NCBI GenBank assembly: GCA_002633005.1
Contig: NMRA01000116.1
Location: 1-64,000 of the forward strand
Direction: 5' to 3'
Source: Phoronis australis
Lineage: Eukaryota > Animalia > Phoronida
DNA length: 64,000 nt
Part shown: piece by piece, positions 27,374-39,592 of the stretch
How positions within the stretch are numbered: position 1 is the stretch's first letter
How the letters are laid out: each line of letters begins with the position of its first letter
Notes under the pieces: generated by a model
Seen by the model: the letters and a program-made list of their open reading frames with translations, nothing else
Database searches by the model: none
Told to the model about the DNA's origin: nothing
Translations under genes and position numbers: made by a program

Positions 27374-27945
27374 GTACGTTGGGAAGATTATTCTTTTATC
27401 ATTACTATTAATAATAATGATGATGATAATACTAATAATAACGATGGTAATATGAACCGTCATAAGGCTGAAAGAACTGAATTTCTGTTGATCCTAATTT
27501 TTTTCTAAATTCATGCGAAAACATGGCTTGATGATAATCCATTTCCCGGTATTTTATTAGAGACCTGGATCTGAGACCAACCATTACTCAGGACTTGATT
27601 TGAAAATTATGAAAATTGGAAATTTATTCTAACCATGACCCGAGATTGGTCCATTTTCAAGTGGTATCTTAAGTAAAGTTTGGCGTTCTTGGGTCCCAGG
27701 TGTTCATAGGTTTAATCTATTGACTCATTATTAAACAAACAAAAGACTGCAAAAATTCATTGATGCCATTGTCATATTATGTGTCGTGTTTATCTGTTTT
27801 GATCGTTGACAATTCTGTTACAACTTGCCAGTACATTAATTGATAGAGGTACGGTGCTAACTTTTTACTTATTTAGCACACAATATGGCTGAAAAGGGAA
27901 GTTCTAGTCTGTAATATTTCTCCACTAAAGTAAAGATTAAGAAAG

Positions 27946-28148
27946 TTTTAGTCTATTACAAGCCTGTATTGTAGTGTATAGATGTCATAAAATGACATTT
28001 TAGTCTATTATAAGCCTAGATTGTAGTGTGTAGATGTCATAAAATGACATTTTAGTCTATTATAAGCCTAGATTGTAGTGTGTAGATGTCATAAAATGAC
28101 ATTTTAGTCTATTGTAAGCCTAGATTGTAGTGTGTAGATGTCATAAAA
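27946..28148. repeat. 52-bp minisatellite, ~3.9 copies
   Basis: Unit ttttagtctattataagcctagattgtagtgtgtagatgtcataaaatgaca at 27946, 27998, 28050 and 28102. Confidence 0.95.
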
Positions 28149-28625
28149 CTACATTTACTGAAACTCTCATTATTGGCAAACAGGTAATCAACCTTTGAAA
28201 AATGACCATTTTGGGAATTATTTTTGTGTTAAATAAGTGAAAAACTACCGTACCTGGAACTTATTACACTCAGTTACCGACTTAATTATCAGCACCCCCT
28301 GTTGTGTTTACGGTTACCTCGGTCTCATCCCTTTTTTGGCTAGAACACGTTTCAATTTGGGCAAAATCAACAAAATCTCAATAGTTGTTGCTGCACGCTT
28401 TGTTAAACTGGCATTGCGAAGCCGTTTACATATAAACCTTTAGTGTCCAGATACAATATAATGTTTAATTAAACTCTAACAAAAGTGCCATTTCACTGTG
28501 ATAAATGTTCTACTATACTGCCAAGTAATTCTGGTGAGAACTTCGGTGGAGTCTGACTGAGTTATTTTATAATCACGAATTGTCATACGCGTTTACGATG
28601 ACCATCATGGAAATTCTCATTTCAG

Positions 28626-28746
28626 TGTGGGGGCTATCTGTGTCCTGGTGACCAGTGGTCAAATACCCAAAGCGGTCAAGCAGACGGACAAGTCTGCTCT
28701 GAAGAGTATGCAGGACGCTGACACTTACCTTAACAACACAGTCAGG
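28626..28746 (+). CDS. prom: Prominin coding exon 4
   Basis: VGAICVLVTSGQIPKAVKQTDKSALKSMQDADTYLNNTVR; phase 2 to 0; donor gtgagt. Confidence 0.92.
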
Positions 28747-28873
28747 GTGAGTTACCTGGCTTCAGTTTACGTTGAGATACTTTCTATGGCTTTCTGGCCT
28801 TAACAACACAGTCAGGGTGAGTACCTGGCTTCAGTTTACGTTCAGATACTTTCTATGGCTTTCTGGCCTTAAC
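28728..28873 (+). repeat. 70-bp tandem duplication spanning the exon 4 donor
   Basis: ccttaacaacacagtcagggtgagt...ggctttctgg at 28728 and 28798. Confidence 0.95.
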
Positions 28874-29552
28874 TCTGACTATTGAACATTGTATTTTTCA
28901 TAGCAAACAAAAAAGCTTGCAGTACAAAATTAGGGTGTCGGTTGTTGTTATCAGTCGAACTAAAGGGATTCATTAGTTATTGCAGGCTGAGGTGGGGATT
29001 AGGCTGTTTTGTAATCACTTTATTTTCAAATAGTTTTGTTAAATATGCAGGATCTGTTGGGTTTATCACGCGGCGCATTCCATTAAATGCCCACCAAAAT
29101 ATTTAACAAAAGAGCAAAGCCTTGTTTCATTTTCGTACTCAAGCTTTCGTGCTTGCATGCTCTGCTGTCATTGATGGCGTTTGACTTGTAGATAAAGATC
29201 CTTTCATTTAATCATAAAAAATCATTCCATCAAATAATTAGACGTATTTGTTTATTGAGAATGGGATGTGGATATGATTATTGGAATTCATGCTTTATTG
29301 AATTTTTGAAAGGCTTTCACAGGGAAAGGTCTTCTTCTCAAATCAAATAATATGAAATTGCCACAAACCATTTTTACCATAAAACTCTGCAATTTACATG
29401 CCTCGTATATTCAGGTTGTCACAGTTTGTTGTATTTCTAACATATTTGGACAGACAATAACAGAAACATGATTTGCATATAATTTTATTTCAATGCACTC
29501 ATTGAACATATTAAGCAAATAATATTACCCAGTGTTCGTATATTCTTCACAG

Positions 29553-29619
29553 GAAATCACTTACCTGGCCAAGGATGGTTATAATTTCACCAAAAATGTC
29601 ATATTCAGAGATCTGGACA
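29553..29619 (+). CDS. prom: Prominin coding exon 5
   Basis: EITYLAKDGYNFTKNVIFRDLD; phase 0 to 1; donor gtaagt. Confidence 0.92.
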
Positions 29620-30044
29620 GTAAGTGTGTCTTTTTTGATCAATAGTGCCTAGTTTTGACACTGCCATGTATTTGGAAAATCAGAAGTTAAAAAGATTCAC
29701 AAAAGGCTCTGTTTCACCTAGCTATAAGCCTCAAACTGAGACTGCTGTGTGCATTTGGAGATCCAAAAGTCTTCAACTTCAATGAAGTCATTATGAATGG
29801 AGTCGAATTTAAAGCATTGTACTTACATGTTGGGTGTAATTTCATTTATTTTATAATCATTTACTGTATTAATCAAAGGCATGTCTAGTTTTTGAATGAG
29901 GGATTTATTCCAAGTGTGTGCATGTGTGCCCGCGCGCTCATGCATGTAGTGGGGCTAATTAGCAAGAATCCTCCATAAAGTGGGATTCACTGCCTTGCAC
30001 CCTCATCTTAGCCAACTGTAATTGTATAATTACTGTTCTTATAG

Positions 30045-30140
30045 ATATTGCTGTCTTAGTTGGAGTTCCAGTGCGAGACCAATTAGCCACTGGGGGAGGT
30101 ATTAACACAGCAATACAAAGTCTGATAACCTTTGACACAA
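30045..30140 (+). CDS. prom: Prominin coding exon 6
   Basis: (N)IAVLVGVPVRDQLATGGGINTAIQSLITFDT; phase 1 to 1; donor gtaagt. Confidence 0.9.
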
Positions 30141-31063
30141 GTAAGTGCCAGAACCAGGTATCTGTGTCATGAAACTGACACAAGACTTAAGACAGAAATT
30201 TGGTCTTTCACTCCCACGTCACAATTACCTAAAAAAAGCTTAGCCAAGTAATTATGAGCGTATCCCAATCTAAAAATAATTGATAGAAATCATATAACTA
30301 GACTTTCTGTGTACATTCTCAGAATGTGAAATAGTGTAAGTGTTCAGCGTAAGACCAAATTTTTGTCTGACGTCATAAGTCCGTTTCGTGAAGCAGAACT
30401 CCATAGCCAAGTCTAGTGCACTCTTTTCTCAGCATCTCAAGAGACTGTTTGCATGCTTGGCCTTAAATTGCTTCCAAACATTTACCTGTCTTTGTTTTTA
30501 TGTTTAGTGCTGTGCAGTAGTTCCTGTATAACGAAAGTCATAATGACGTGTGAATTGAAACTGGTGCTTGGAAATTTCATCAGATTATTCAGTGTTTTAT
30601 GCTGTTCTGATGAGTCCTGTTAAGATTACATGAATCTTATTCTCCATGGAGCTAAAAGTTAACCAGCTTTCTGGATTGGGTATCAGCTTTGTGAACTTTA
30701 ATACTCTATTTTCATACTTGGCGTTCCGAATGCTGAAATTTGTGTTCTTCAACCCCTGGATCCAGTTGTGACAAAAGTCAAGTCGCTATTGGGTAACAAT
30801 GTGATATAACGTGCCTGCATTTTGAGAACATTATTCAGTGGAGAAAACTGGCTTCACGTTATTATCACTTCTGATCTTACAAATTCTGAGTCAGTCCAAG
30901 GAACCCTGAGAACACATGATTTTGTAAGGTGCAGGTTTCTCTATTTAGTATTCAAGGATTCAGAAAGCTAATTGATAGCCATGTCACCTTTTGATGTCTT
31001 CAAAAACGGAGCTCTGAAGATTTTGACAAAACTCTCAATCATAATCCTTGTATGTGTCCACAG

Positions 31064-31278
31064 GTATTGCTCACGTAGTGAGCCTCATGGAAACCCTAAA
31101 CACATCTTACAACGCTCTGGTGACGTCCTCCAATGAACTGTACTATCAGGTGAACGCGGCCAAAGTACACCTGGAGACTAACCTACAGAACTGTCCACCG
31201 GCCAATGCCACAACTGGCCAACCAGCCAACTGTGGCATCGACTCAACCACGCTGAAACCAACTTTTAACGAAAGTGAT
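31064..31278 (+). CDS. prom: Prominin coding exon 7
   Basis: IAHVVSLMETLNTSYNALVTSSNEL...LQNCPP...NCGIDSTTLKPTFNESD; phase 1 to 0. Confidence 0.92.
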
Positions 31279-31386
31279 GTAAGTAACTTCAGTTTTCGTC
31301 TTTTTTGCCACTGTGGAAGTTTTCATCAGGGAAGCTGTAGTCATTGACAGAGCTAAAGTAAAACTTATCCTGATTGTTATTTTCAG

Positions 31387-31461
31387 CTGCCAGACTTCTC
31401 TTCAGAGATGGCGATGGTTAACAATGTCAAAGGACAAAACATATCTGCCTTGGCTCTCTCT
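31387..31461 (+). CDS. prom: Prominin coding exon 8
   Basis: LPDFSSEMAMVNNVKGQNISALALS; phase 0 to 0. Confidence 0.9.
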
Positions 31462-32024
31462 GTAAGTAAATCGTAAAGGTTTTTCAAATTTCTTGGAATA
31501 TCTCATTTTATTAGCTGTCAATTGAATGCTGAGATTTAACATCTTGTGTGATGCACAAATTTCTCAAAAATTAGATTTTTTATAAATTTCCACTATTAAG
31601 TGAAGCTAGAGGTTGTATGACTCAGAATAGATTATCATCCAATGAGAAGTTAAGGCTAAATTTGGAAGCGGCCATTAACCTGCCCTCTGTCAAGGAAGGA
31701 AACTTTTGATTTAGCCCATTTATCGCTGTAAAGTTCTTTTCAACCCGTCCATTTCTCTTGTGAGAAGTTGTCTATGGGTTTGCAAAGAACTGATCAGTTT
31801 TCATTCCTTGAGACCATGCTTGGCGTATAGAGCGATACACCAACTTGAAGAGCCTGGTCTCAACCCTAAAGTCACCTCCAATTTGACTAAGGAAGAATCC
31901 GAGATCAGTTTCACAGCGTTACGGTGGTCTAAATAAAATGTTAGTTTTTGTGTTGGAAGTTTGGTTTCTTGCTGCTTCAACACTGAGCTGCCTGCTTAGT
32001 AGGTGTTAATTGTGTTTTAGCCTG

Positions 32025-32134
32025 AAACTAGTGATTACAGTCACAAAACTAGTGATTGCAGTCACAAAACTGGTGATTGCAGCCACAAAACTGGTGATTG
32101 CAGTCACAAAACTGGTGATTGCAGTCACAAAACT
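32025..32134. repeat. 21-bp minisatellite, ~5 copies
   Basis: Unit aaactrgtgattgcagtcaca; contains the imperfect palindrome gtgattgcagtcac. Confidence 0.95.
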
Positions 32135-32228
32135 AAGTGTTATTTCGTTGTATTGTATACATATGATAATGACATGTTTAGTTGTGTTCATATTGTTTGT
32201 TAGAATCGCTGGCGTCTTTATCTTCTAG

Positions 32229-32292
32229 GCGAAGGCAGTATTTGATGACATTCCAGGAAAAGTTCACAGCGAGTCACTGGCGACTATTACTT
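32229..32292 (+). CDS. prom: Prominin coding exon 9
   Basis: AKAVFDDIPGKVHSESLATIT (prominin F.dIP..V motif); phase 0 to 1. Confidence 0.92.
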
Positions 32293-32689
32293 GTACGTAA
32301 CACTGGCTATAGAACTAGTAACTGTACATAATACTGGCTATGATTATTACAGAGCTATAAACCCGCGCCTTCTGGCAAGAAATAATTTTGTTTTAGGCTA
32401 CTTACTGTTAGAAATGGTCTTGTCTTGTTCCTTGGTCAGATTAGAAATGAGTTCTGGGCTTGAGAAGAGCTGACACGTCATAAAGGCTTCATGCTCGGAC
32501 CATTCACTTGCATGTCCTGGCAGGTTAGTTTCACTCGCCAAGGCAAGATGTGGCCATCAGGGGAGTTCTAGGCGAATTATTAGAACCCATTTCAGTTGCC
32601 TGTGATGAGAATGCAATTTCAGTTGCCTGTGATGGGAACGCAATGAAGTTGCTGTGGAACATCAAATATGGCGGAAGTTGATGTAACAT

Positions 32690-32785
32690 CAGAGCATGGT
32701 GTTTGAACTCCAGAGCATGGTGTTTTGACACCAGAGCATGGTATTTTAACACCAGAGCATGGTGTTTTAACTCCAGAGCACGGTG
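32690..32785. repeat. 21-bp minisatellite, ~4.5 copies
   Basis: Unit ccagagcatggtgttttaacw. Confidence 0.9.
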
Positions 32786-33308
32786 ATTAATTACAAGGAA
32801 GTGCAGTCAAGAAAATAAGCCTAGAAAGTACTAGAAGCAGTGTCTGGTAAGAAAGACAGTCTGCAAAAAACACTTGACTGTTTTTATTTGTTTGTTGTCG
32901 GTAAAAATTCTCCAGTTTGGGACAGTGAGAGATTTTTTGCTCAATGCTGGGTCAAGCTTGTATGAAATTTTAGATATAAGCAACATTGGCCATTCCAAAA
33001 ACAAACAGACATTCAGTTCTATGTAACACATTATCAGGAAGCATGAAAATGTTGCGTTGGCAACTATTTTCTCAGTACAGTGTTATAAACTTCCAGGCCT
33101 TTCAGAGTCTGTTGGTACAAAGTGCAGTGTCGGATATTTGAGAAATACGATTAATGGACAAATTGCCCATGTCCCAATGAAGAAAAATGGATTCTGGTTT
33201 GAATTTTGATGTCCAAATTTTAGAGACTGTCCCGCATTGGAAAATTTTACAGTACTTCCTGTTTGCTGCAGTGTTGGCTGTGCAACCCATATTTTCTATT
33301 TATTACAG

Positions 33309-33382
33309 CAATGAAGCCTTTGTTGACTGATGTTGGTACAACGATTGACACTGCACTGGACAACGTCCGGCGAATGGCTAAT
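33309..33382 (+). CDS. prom: Prominin coding exon 10
   Basis: (S)MKPLLTDVGTTIDTALDNVRRMAN; phase 1 to 0; donor gtaagt. Confidence 0.88.
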
Positions 33383-33856
33383 GTAAGTTTGGTTTCCTTT
33401 CAATAGCAAAGGATCGGAATGATTCTATCCTTTTCTCATCTAGCATTTCCAGTCACTGTAAGACATTTTATTTATTGGCTTTTGATAGACTTCAACTGTA
33501 CCTGGTGTAGGATTTCACCATTGCTAAAAACTCTCTTTGCGGTTGTTTATAACTTATAATTTATTTTGTAAAATATAAGCAATAGGAAACATTATTGGCC
33601 GGAGGTTGAATAAACAATGGCACCTTCCCAGCAGATATATTGGTGCCGAGAATATCACAGCTGATATTGATTTTGGGAAAGGTTTGTCTGCTGTGGTTCC
33701 ACTTAGTGACATTTTATACATCTGCGGTAGGACCACTGTAAAATTTGGCTAGTGTATTCCTATGACAATGAATGACGACTCTTTGTTATGGATCCAATTA
33801 GTGCTTAGCGCCTTCTAGTGCCATTGCTGTTTTTTATGTTGCTTGCATTTGTATGT

Positions 33857-35172
33857 CAAACCTGTGTACCATACGCAAAAAGTGCGGATTCGTACGGAAA
33901 TCAAGCCTCCAGTACGCAAGTACGCACGGCCAGGCAAAAATATGCAAATTCAGCAAATTCAAAAGAGATTAATTCGCTTATTTCTCAATAAATTTGCCGA
34001 TTTGTATTCGAAATGGACGAGGAAGAAGATTTTAAAGCTAGAAGTTAAAAAAAAATATTGTAAAATCATTATTTTAGCCAAAAAGTTGAGTTACAAACTC
34101 GGAAAGCTTGCTTCGTTTCATTCTCGAAATAGCCTGATAAACAGCCAATCGCGAGGCCTCTTCTATCGGTATGTGTGTCACAAGCCTAACCTTTTAGCAA
34201 GGACTTCTGTGATTTGTGGATTGCTTACTTCGTCTGATTCCGGCTATTTGCGGCTAAATACGTACTGTTGACAAAATGGCAAAGCATGAGTGGTCGCATA
34301 TTCCGAGCTGTGAAGAAAGTAGCTTCTGAATGACGGGAACATGTGTTTTTGCCGCGTTATTCCATAGAATGACAATGTGATATTCAAGGGACCGTGGAAT
34401 TTATACTGCAAGTTGTATAGCGTGTTGTTTTTTTGCGGACATGGTGAGACTGCACTGACTTCGTAGCATGTTGAGCTGACGATAATAGTCGACCCACAAT
34501 CGAGCCTCAAAGTCTTTTCGCATGCAGTGTTCACAGACACTTGCAATGAATAATTATTCAAAACTTTTGTGAATGGTTAAGAAAATATCATCTGGTGCAA
34601 AACATTGTCCAGTGCAGATTCATCAACACATTTTTGCAGATATGGTTTTGTGTTAAGAAATGAAGTGTACATTAGGCACGTATTAACTAAGTTCAGTAAG
34701 GACCTTTGCTATTGATTAACAGGATCGCGTTGTCCCTCAACTAAACAACTTATTATATATAAATTATTCTGAAAATTGGTGATCAATTCACTATGTGTAT
34801 TTTAGAAACTTTTTCAGAGGCAAGTAAGTAAGAAAAGTACCCAATGCGCGTACCCAAGGGAGGGGCTTGAATGAGTCCTCCATTTGGCAAAGTGGGCAAA
34901 AAGGTCCTGAGAGAAACCAAAAGTCTGAGAAAACGAGACAAAAGTCCACTAAAGAGGCAAGAATTCAGCGAAATCTCTGAACGCTGAGCAAACCCATTGT
35001 TTTTTTGTTGTTTTTTTAGTTAGTGAAAGGCCCACTGCAAAAAATGCAACCCCTCCCCCCCATATATTTTAGGGTAAATTTGGTCTGTACGCGAAAATCT
35101 GCCAATTTACTGAAAATCTGCAAATCTGGTGTTCAGATTACTCCAATGCAGTTTTGGTGGTACACAGGTCTG
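33857..35172. mobile_element. Non-autonomous DNA transposon with 15-bp terminal repeats and 6-bp TSD
   Basis: caaacctgtgtacca / tggtacacaggtctg (1 mismatch); GTATGT on both flanks; nested MITE fragment at 34843-34952. Confidence 0.75.
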
Positions 35173-35842
35173 GTATGTTCAGGGCTCCTTGTAGATTTTC
35201 ATGGAATTTGACCTTTAGGTTTCTATTTGAGAGACGACAACATCTATCCAATTTCCAACGGGTTCGACGTCTTCTGTGCTATCTGATGGCCATTTTTATG
35301 ATATTAATTAACCCCCCCCCCTATAAATATACTATTTGCGATGCAGTTGTGGGTGCATTTTAACGCTTGGAAATGTCCTTATTTTGTTTTTTAGCAAGTA
35401 CTGCTGCTTTGCAAGGCGTTATCAACACCTAATGTAGGCTGCATGCCATTTGTCCTTGGTCTTGTGTTCTTGATTACAACATGAGTAAATAAGTTGGACA
35501 CTAATTTAACTGTAATATAAGTTTGAAAGTGTACTTTCTATTTTTATCCGTAAATTTTTGTGTTATTCTGGCCAATTTCTTCTCTTGAGTTGTGACTAAA
35601 TGGCTCTGTAGTTAGCTTTGTGGACTCCCACTAAAAATCCATGGGTTGATTCCTCGCCACAGTAATGCCCTGGTCCATGACACTCAAAATACTTGGTTTG
35701 TCCCAGTCCTCTGTGTTACACAAATGAGTTTTAGCCTTGGTTGGGGAGGAACTGATAATCCAGTGTCCCATCCAGTGTGTGCAGAGAAACTTGTGCTACC
35801 AAAACTGATGGATTGAGAAACATGTGTTATTATGTCTTCCAG

Positions 35843-36066
35843 TTGAGCGTGGCCTCTTACAGCCAAGAAGTTTCTAAATACACTGACGTATACCTGCAGT
35901 ACGATGACTTCCGCAATTACGGCACCATCGGTCTGTCTGTCGTGATTCTCAGCATGATATTAATGGTCGTACTTGGTCTCTTCTTTGGCATCTTGTGCAG
36001 CTCGTACAAACAGCTTCCGTGGGAACGCGGTACACCGTCCACTTGCGGAGGCAACTGTCTGATGGC
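35843..36066 (+). CDS. prom: Prominin coding exon 11 (TM3, second cytoplasmic loop)
   Basis: YDDFRNYGTIGLSVVILSMILMVVLGLFFGILC...PWERGTPSTCGGNCLM; phase 0 to 2. Confidence 0.96.
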
Positions 36067-36938
36067 GTAAGTAATATAAAAGCGGAGCATAGTGTTGTTA
36101 GGATCAGTGATCGGACCCATAAATAGTGAATGGCAAAAGTAATCCAACAAACTACCGTTTCTCTGTCATGAGTGCTAAATCTTGACACTAAAAATGACTG
36201 GAGATATGTATAGTGGCAGCAAAATATTAATTACAGAATGATCACTGTTAGTTACTAACCTTCCTATTAATTTACCTTCATTGTCAGTCATCAGGGGAGA
36301 CTACTCTGACCATGAATTTGACGTCCGCTGCCATGAAGTGGAATACTTTTGACACTGGAAACTGTCAACTGACTGAAGTAGAATGCTGTCACACTGGTTA
36401 TTAAAATTTGAATCTCATATTTGCTTTAAAGAAAACCTATTATTACACAACCAATGATACGTTTGTCCTCTGATTGGCTGAAATACGGTAATATGGGAAT
36501 TTCTGATATAGCATAATATTGAGACTAACTTAGTGTGGAATTTCACTTTCTATTCATGCCGCCCAGAAGTCGCTATCCGCGATCTGGCAAATCAGGCGCT
36601 GTAGAAACCACAAACCCTGACCATGAATTCAGCAGACGATGTCAGTTAATCAAAATGGTTCATAACAAGCTAACATCCAATAGCAGACGAAAAAGTCTAA
36701 GGAAAGAAGCATCAGTGGTCATGTAATGAAAGAAATATAGGATGATCCGTCGGGGGTGTCAGGTTATGTAGACCTTAAGAGTAATAGTGGTCTCCATCAG
36801 TATATATGACCTCATATCACCCTCGGGATCGGTCTATATTTGTATATTGTTACTCAAGTGGTGACGTAGCCACTGTGTGTATAGACATCCGTCGGCCCAA
36901 CTCTCAACATGTTCTAAGTAAGTTGTGTTTCTTTGCAG

Positions 36939-37071
36939 CTCTGTCGGGTTCATGTTCATATTTGGCCCCTTGCTCATGCTGGTCACCACGTTGCTATTTG
37001 TGCCAGGGACAGCCCTGGAGAAGTTTGCCTGCGTTCCCCTGAAGGACCCTACATTTAAACTCTACAAAGAG
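36939..37071 (+). CDS. prom: Prominin coding exon 12 (TM4)
   Basis: SVGFMFIFGPLLMLVTTLLFVPGTALEKFACVPLKDPTFKLYKE; phase 2 to 0. Confidence 0.96.
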
Positions 37072-37341
37072 GTGAGCAGGTGATACAGAGTAATAATGTG
37101 CATTTGTTAATTAAATAACAGCATTGGTAAATTGAATTTTGCATGGGTCCTTTATTCACTATCAAAGCTCGGTTACGTAAGGTGCATGCTGGCTGGCAGC
37201 AATAACATTGCATGATCGTGTTAACATTGTTGAACAATGCATTTGGGATCATGCTACAATCAAACTTGTCCAGCAGATAATGTTTATTTGTTTTTGCAAC
37301 TCATCTCAGTTACTAATGTTTGTCCTTTGGGTTTCTTTCAG

Positions 37342-37445
37342 TTGCTAGATGGACCATCATTTAGTCTGATAGGACCTGGCTATCCCCTCGGTGGTTTGAT
37401 TTTTCAGAACAACACTATCAACCTTACCTTCTCTGGAATATTGCA
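37342..37445 (+). CDS. prom: Prominin coding exon 13
   Basis: LLDGPSFSLIGPGYPLGGLIFQNNTINLTFSGIL; phase 0 to 2. Confidence 0.93.
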
Positions 37446-37878
37446 GTAAGTAGTTCTTTGAGTTTAGTGAAGTAGACTTGTCAGTAGAATGAGGATTATT
37501 TCATAGCGGCATTCCTAATTGCTTTTTGAACAAGCGGTTCATGTCGCCTACTGTGCTGAATTGGTTTCAAGAAGTTGGCTGAGTGTATTCCATGCAAAAC
37601 TTGTATTCACTTGATGCCCACAGTACCGAAACACCTGCTGTTCATTTTCTAAATTGTTTTGTAATTTGAAAGACCAGTTCAAGTCTAAGAATCTAAGATT
37701 AAATGTTTCTTGCAAGTAAATCATTGAGTTTCGTTAATTATGCTAATTGTAAAATTTGTGGTCTTGTTTCTAGGTTTGTTGGTAGTAATAAACATTGGTA
37801 TTGTTGTTATGAGGTAGTTGGAATGAAGTAATGAAGACTGGAAAATTTCTAAATTTTGTTGTTTGTTCACACCAACAG

Positions 37879-37963
37879 GGGGTGCAAGGATGATAAACCG
37901 GCATACGATGTCTTTGCTCTGTCTAGCTTGTTTGATGTTAGCCAACTACTGGACTACAAACAG
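37879..37963 (+). CDS. prom: Prominin coding exon 14
   Basis: GCKDDKPAYDVFALSSLFDVSQLLDYKQ; phase 2 to 0. Confidence 0.92.
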
Positions 37964-38574
37964 GTATAAAAGGAATTCAAACATTTCTCTTGCAATGATA
38001 AAGTGCTGGCATTCACTACAGTGTTGCGTTTATATTTATGATGGCAGTGACAGTTAGTGGTAAAGTTTTAGCGAAGGTGATGGCAATGAATTTGTGTATT
38101 TTGCGGCTACGTAGGACCTTATTGACATGACTGGGTAGCAAAATACAATAGGTATTAACTCAAAAGTATATGTTTTCTGAACGTAAAAATCATTTAGAAT
38201 TTGACGTTTGACTTAACCACATCTCGTCTTAAATAGATTTAGTTTAAAGAAAGGTACATGGGTAGCAAAACAACAGTATTCATAAGGTGATCATATTTTG
38301 TTTGATGTAGATGTTCAAGATGAGATCTCAAAAACACGGTTACAGTTTTCAAGACTATTTTATTTTCGTTTTATGCAACTTCAGAGTCCTATTTTTTGAT
38401 AGCCCCTCGTTTAGAAATGGAGCATTTTAAAAACAATTCCAAACAAGTCTTTGGGGAACAGTGCATAAAGCATAGTATTTGAAAGTTTCACATGAATCTG
38501 ATGAGTCACTTTTGAGGTATGATGTTCTAAAGCTAGCCAAGCTTAGATGTATTTCTAGGGTAATACATACATTG

Positions 38575-38715
38575 AACTTACCATGAGTGGCGTAGATGAG
38601 GTAATATCCCACGAAACATTGTTCCGCTTATCGACCGAGACTGAAGGTCAAGGTTGATACACGAATTAATGTCGAGGGGGGATATTAATTTCATCTACGC
38701 CAATCAAGGTATGTT
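38575..38715. mobile_element. Imperfect palindromic hairpin element
   Basis: About 60-bp arms aacttaccatgagtggcgtagatga...aatatccc / gggatatt...tcatctacgccaatcaaggtatgtt. Confidence 0.7.
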
Positions 38716-39454
38716 TTGTATTTAACCCATACATTTCAAATTCAATTTTCTTTCATTTTTTCGGCATTTTTTTTAAATACTTCACCCAGACTGTTCACGT
38801 GGTGGATCACATCCTATATGTTTGTTCTTGCGCGTTAGGTTACAAGTTTTCTCTAACAAAAGAAACAGTTATAAATGTAAAGATTTATTACTTGAAAAGA
38901 GATAACAAAGATGAAAGTACCGGTAATTGTGCATTGAACTTGTAACATTTCCTGAAAATTGGTATTTGATATTGTAGTTGCTGAGGAATCAGCACCTTAG
39001 TTGCAGACGATGTAAAATTTAGCAATTGAAAACTGAGACAGAAGTGTCATATAATGAACAGTTTTGTTCAAGATGTTACGTTTGAGACCTGATTGCATGT
39101 TGGTTGTTATTAATACTGCTGAAATTGTATTACTTCAAACTATTTTGGGAAAGTGTGGTGATTGATCCACCTAACGGTGCTGAGTCTCCATTGACTTACC
39201 TTTTGAGCTTGGAGGGCACTGCTGAAGTAGTGTTGAAGGGGAATACTTAAAACGATATCACATGGCTGTAGTGCTCTTGACTGGTTCAATGTGTACGGGT
39301 TAAATAACCTTAATTGTGATGTATATAACAAAGTACTGCAGGCAGAAGAAGCTCATCATTCCTTGAGTTGATTTAATTGGAATTAATCGTTTCTTGCCAT
39401 TGGCAACATTTCAGAACTGTGCCTGTGTACATGTGTTCTCCTGTTCTTTTCCAG

Positions 39455-39592
39455 ACCATTGACATTAACAAAGAGTTGGACAAGATCAACGTTAACCTAT
39501 CATCAATCAAGCTGATGACCCCGGAGATTGAGACCCAATTTAACTCCCTGGAGAATTCGTTGACCCTGAACCAGACGCAGATTAAGGAGCAG
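39455..39592 (+). CDS. prom: Prominin coding exon 15
   Basis: TIDINKELDKINVNLSSIKLMTPEIETQFNSLENSLTLNQTQIKEQ; phase 0 to 0. Confidence 0.92.

Noticed and set aside
27946-28148. CRISPR-like array
   Set aside because: Head-to-tail 52-bp units with no unique spacers, in a eukaryotic intron, with no cas genes.
32006-32228. ORFs with ITSFVTA / TKLVIAV repeats
   Set aside because: Produced by the 21-bp intronic minisatellite.
35395-35433. 39-nt in-frame candidate prominin exon (QVLLLCKALSTPN)
   Set aside because: Weak donor (gtaggc), and not needed for protein length or homology.
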